Shown piece after piece: positions 49,097 to 50,790 of a DNA stretch of 50,790 nt. This stretch comes from Chiloscyllium plagiosum (lineage: Eukaryota). A program made the position numbers and the translations under genes. The stretch lies in NCBI RefSeq assembly GCF_004010195.1, contig NC_057718.1:93163569-93214358 (forward strand). Reading direction: 5' to 3'. A model generated the notes under the pieces. That model searched no databases. It saw only the letters and a program-made list of their open reading frames with translations, and had not been told where the DNA came from. The first letter of the stretch is position 1; every line of letters begins with the position of its first letter.

Positions 49097-49672
49097 CAAA
49101 AACAAAACTGATGAAGAGTCACTGGACACAAAATGTTAATTAGAACATAGAACTTTACAGTGCAGTACAAGCCCTTCAGCCCTCGATGTTGAGCCGACCT
49201 GTGGAACCAATGTGAAGCCCATCTAACCTACACTGTTCCATTATCATCCATATGTTTATCCAATAACCACTTAAATGCCCTTAAAGTTGGCGAGTGTACT
49301 ACTGTTGCAGGCAGTGCGTTCCATGCCCCTATTACTCTCTGAGTAACGAAACTACCTCTGACATTTGATCTATATCTATCACCCCTGAATTTAAAGCTAT
49401 GTCCCCTTGTGCTAGCCAGCACCATCTGAGGAAAAAGGCTCTCACTGTCCACCCAATCTAACCTTCTGATTACCTTATATGTCTTAATTAAGCCACCTCT
49501 CAACCTTCTTCTCTCTAACAAAAACAGCTTCAAGTCCTTCAGCCTTTCCTCATAAGACCTGCCCATCAAGCAACATCTGAGTAAATCTCCTCAGAGATTC
49601 TTGCTTTCACTTCATAGATGCTGCCCAACCTGCTGCGTTTCTTCAGCAATTTCTTGATTTGTTTTGATTTGA
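49097..49672 (+). mobile_element. Penelope-like fragment, family D, split by a CR1 insertion
   Basis: CTGATGA A gagtcactggacac aAAAtgtta at 49108-49139, resumes with atagatgctgcccaacctgctg at ~49615. Confidence 0.68.
49141..49592 (-). mobile_element. CR1 LINE 3' fragment
   Basis: SYEERLKDLKLFLLERRRLRGGLI..WNALP; (tagaaca)n tail. Confidence 0.92.
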
Positions 49673-50213
49673 CAATAAGTATTGTCATTCCTGGGAGTAA
49701 AACAATTAATTATTTGTATCCATTTAGGACTGAAACTGAAACTGTATTGGATGTGGAACACGAATACTCTGTCATCTCTTCTAGCAGACTCCCTCTGTTG
49801 GTACAAATGGGTATGGGAACGCCATCAGACAGGGATGAGTTGGATCATAGGGGGCTTCTTCTGTCTCAAAAGAACAAAGAGTTTCTTATCCTTGGAATCC
49901 CCTTCAACTGAGATGCCAACTGGAACTGGTCAGAGTGAGGACATTGCCCAGAGAAAAGCAAGCAATTGCAGGATGATGGCATTAATTTTCATCCCACAAC
50001 AGTGGTCAGGAATATTTGAATTGATTTTACAAAACCTGAAATTGGAATCTACTTTCAGATATGGTGACCATAGAACTACTGTATCATCAGGAGCCATCTG
50101 TCTGTGGAATTCTCTGCCATGAAAAACATTTGAGACCAAAACATTGAATGTTTTCCGGAAGAAGTATGTGGAGAAAGCGGGGACAGAGTAAAGTTGGACA
50201 AGCAGCCATGAAC

Positions 50214-50790
50214 TTTTTTTTTATTTCAAAAATATACTTTATTCATAAAATAATTTGATGGTCTGTACAGTTGGTCATGCCATACATATGTAAACATGTA
50301 CATACAGAGATCAGAATTTATCATTTTTATACAGGTCTGTACATTTTTCAATCATATGCCCATATGATTAGCTGAGGCAACAGCAGAGCCCAAATGACTG
50401 CATGGGCCCCCTGTTCTTCGTTAGGCAGGCAGATGTTACACAGTGGTCTTTCCCCACCGCGCCTTGGCAGCAGCTGCCCCAAGCTTCAGCGCGTCCCTCA
50501 ACTCCTTCAGCTGGAAGATCAACAGGTTTCGGACCACCCAGAGAGCGCCCTTCACTGAGTTGATGATCCTCCAGGCGCAGTTGATGTTCGTCTCGGTGTG
50601 CGTCCCGGGAAACAGGCCGTAGAGCACGGAGTCCCGCGTCACGGCGCTGCTCGGCACGAACCTCGACAAACACCACTGCATTCCTCTCCAGACTTCCTCT
50701 GCATAGGCACATTCCAGAAGGAGGCATGTGACAGTCTCGTTTCCCCCCCCGCAGCCGCTTCGAGGGCAGCATGCGGTGCGGCTGAGAGTC
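50214..50790 (-). mobile_element. Tx1-clade (L1 group) LINE 3' end, runs off the window
   Basis: Open frame CCPRSGCGGGNETVTCLLLECAYAEEVW..DSVLYGLFPGTHTETNINCAWRIINSVKGALW to stop at 50436; AATAAA and poly(A) tail; CpG-rich. Confidence 0.85.

Larger units (their letters stand above)
48560..49831. repeat. Diverged inverted repeat pair (arms 48560-48700 and 49688-49831)
   Basis: Minus strand ttcctgggactgaaac..tatttgtatccacttag..tcatctc..gcagattccctctgatggtacaagtgagtatgg vs plus strand ttcctgggagtaaaac..tatttgtatccatttag..tcatctc..gcagactccctctgttggtacaaatgggtatgg. Confidence 0.78.

Overview
Repeat-dense, AT-rich vertebrate intronic or intergenic DNA. HE1-type tRNA SINEs with (CTAAT)n tails and many CR1 LINE fragments point to a shark, probably a carpet shark (Hemiscylliidae-like; inference). 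No host protein-coding exon or RNA gene could be recognised, and nearly all listed ORFs are transposon debris. The window holds 9 HE1 SINEs, two other tRNA-derived SINE families, about 20 CR1/L2-group LINE fragments and two decayed Gypsy pol segments with LTRs. It also holds solo LTRs, a 3.5-kb composite element with direct terminal repeats, a Tc1/mariner-type MITE and the 3' end of a young Tx1 LINE. The most notable signal is a set of about 12 short non-coding Penelope-like insertions from at least three sequence families. Most are fold-back palindromes with an unpaired tail of about 35 nt and 11-17 bp target duplications, and they carry minimal type I hammerhead ribozyme motifs. One copy (16526-16814) has perfect 96-bp arms, an intact hammerhead on each strand, and a loop that matches DNA about 830 bp upstream. 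A diverged inverted repeat pair (48560-48700 / 49688-49831) is not explained by the recognised families. All coordinates were read by eye; LINE boundaries are approximate.
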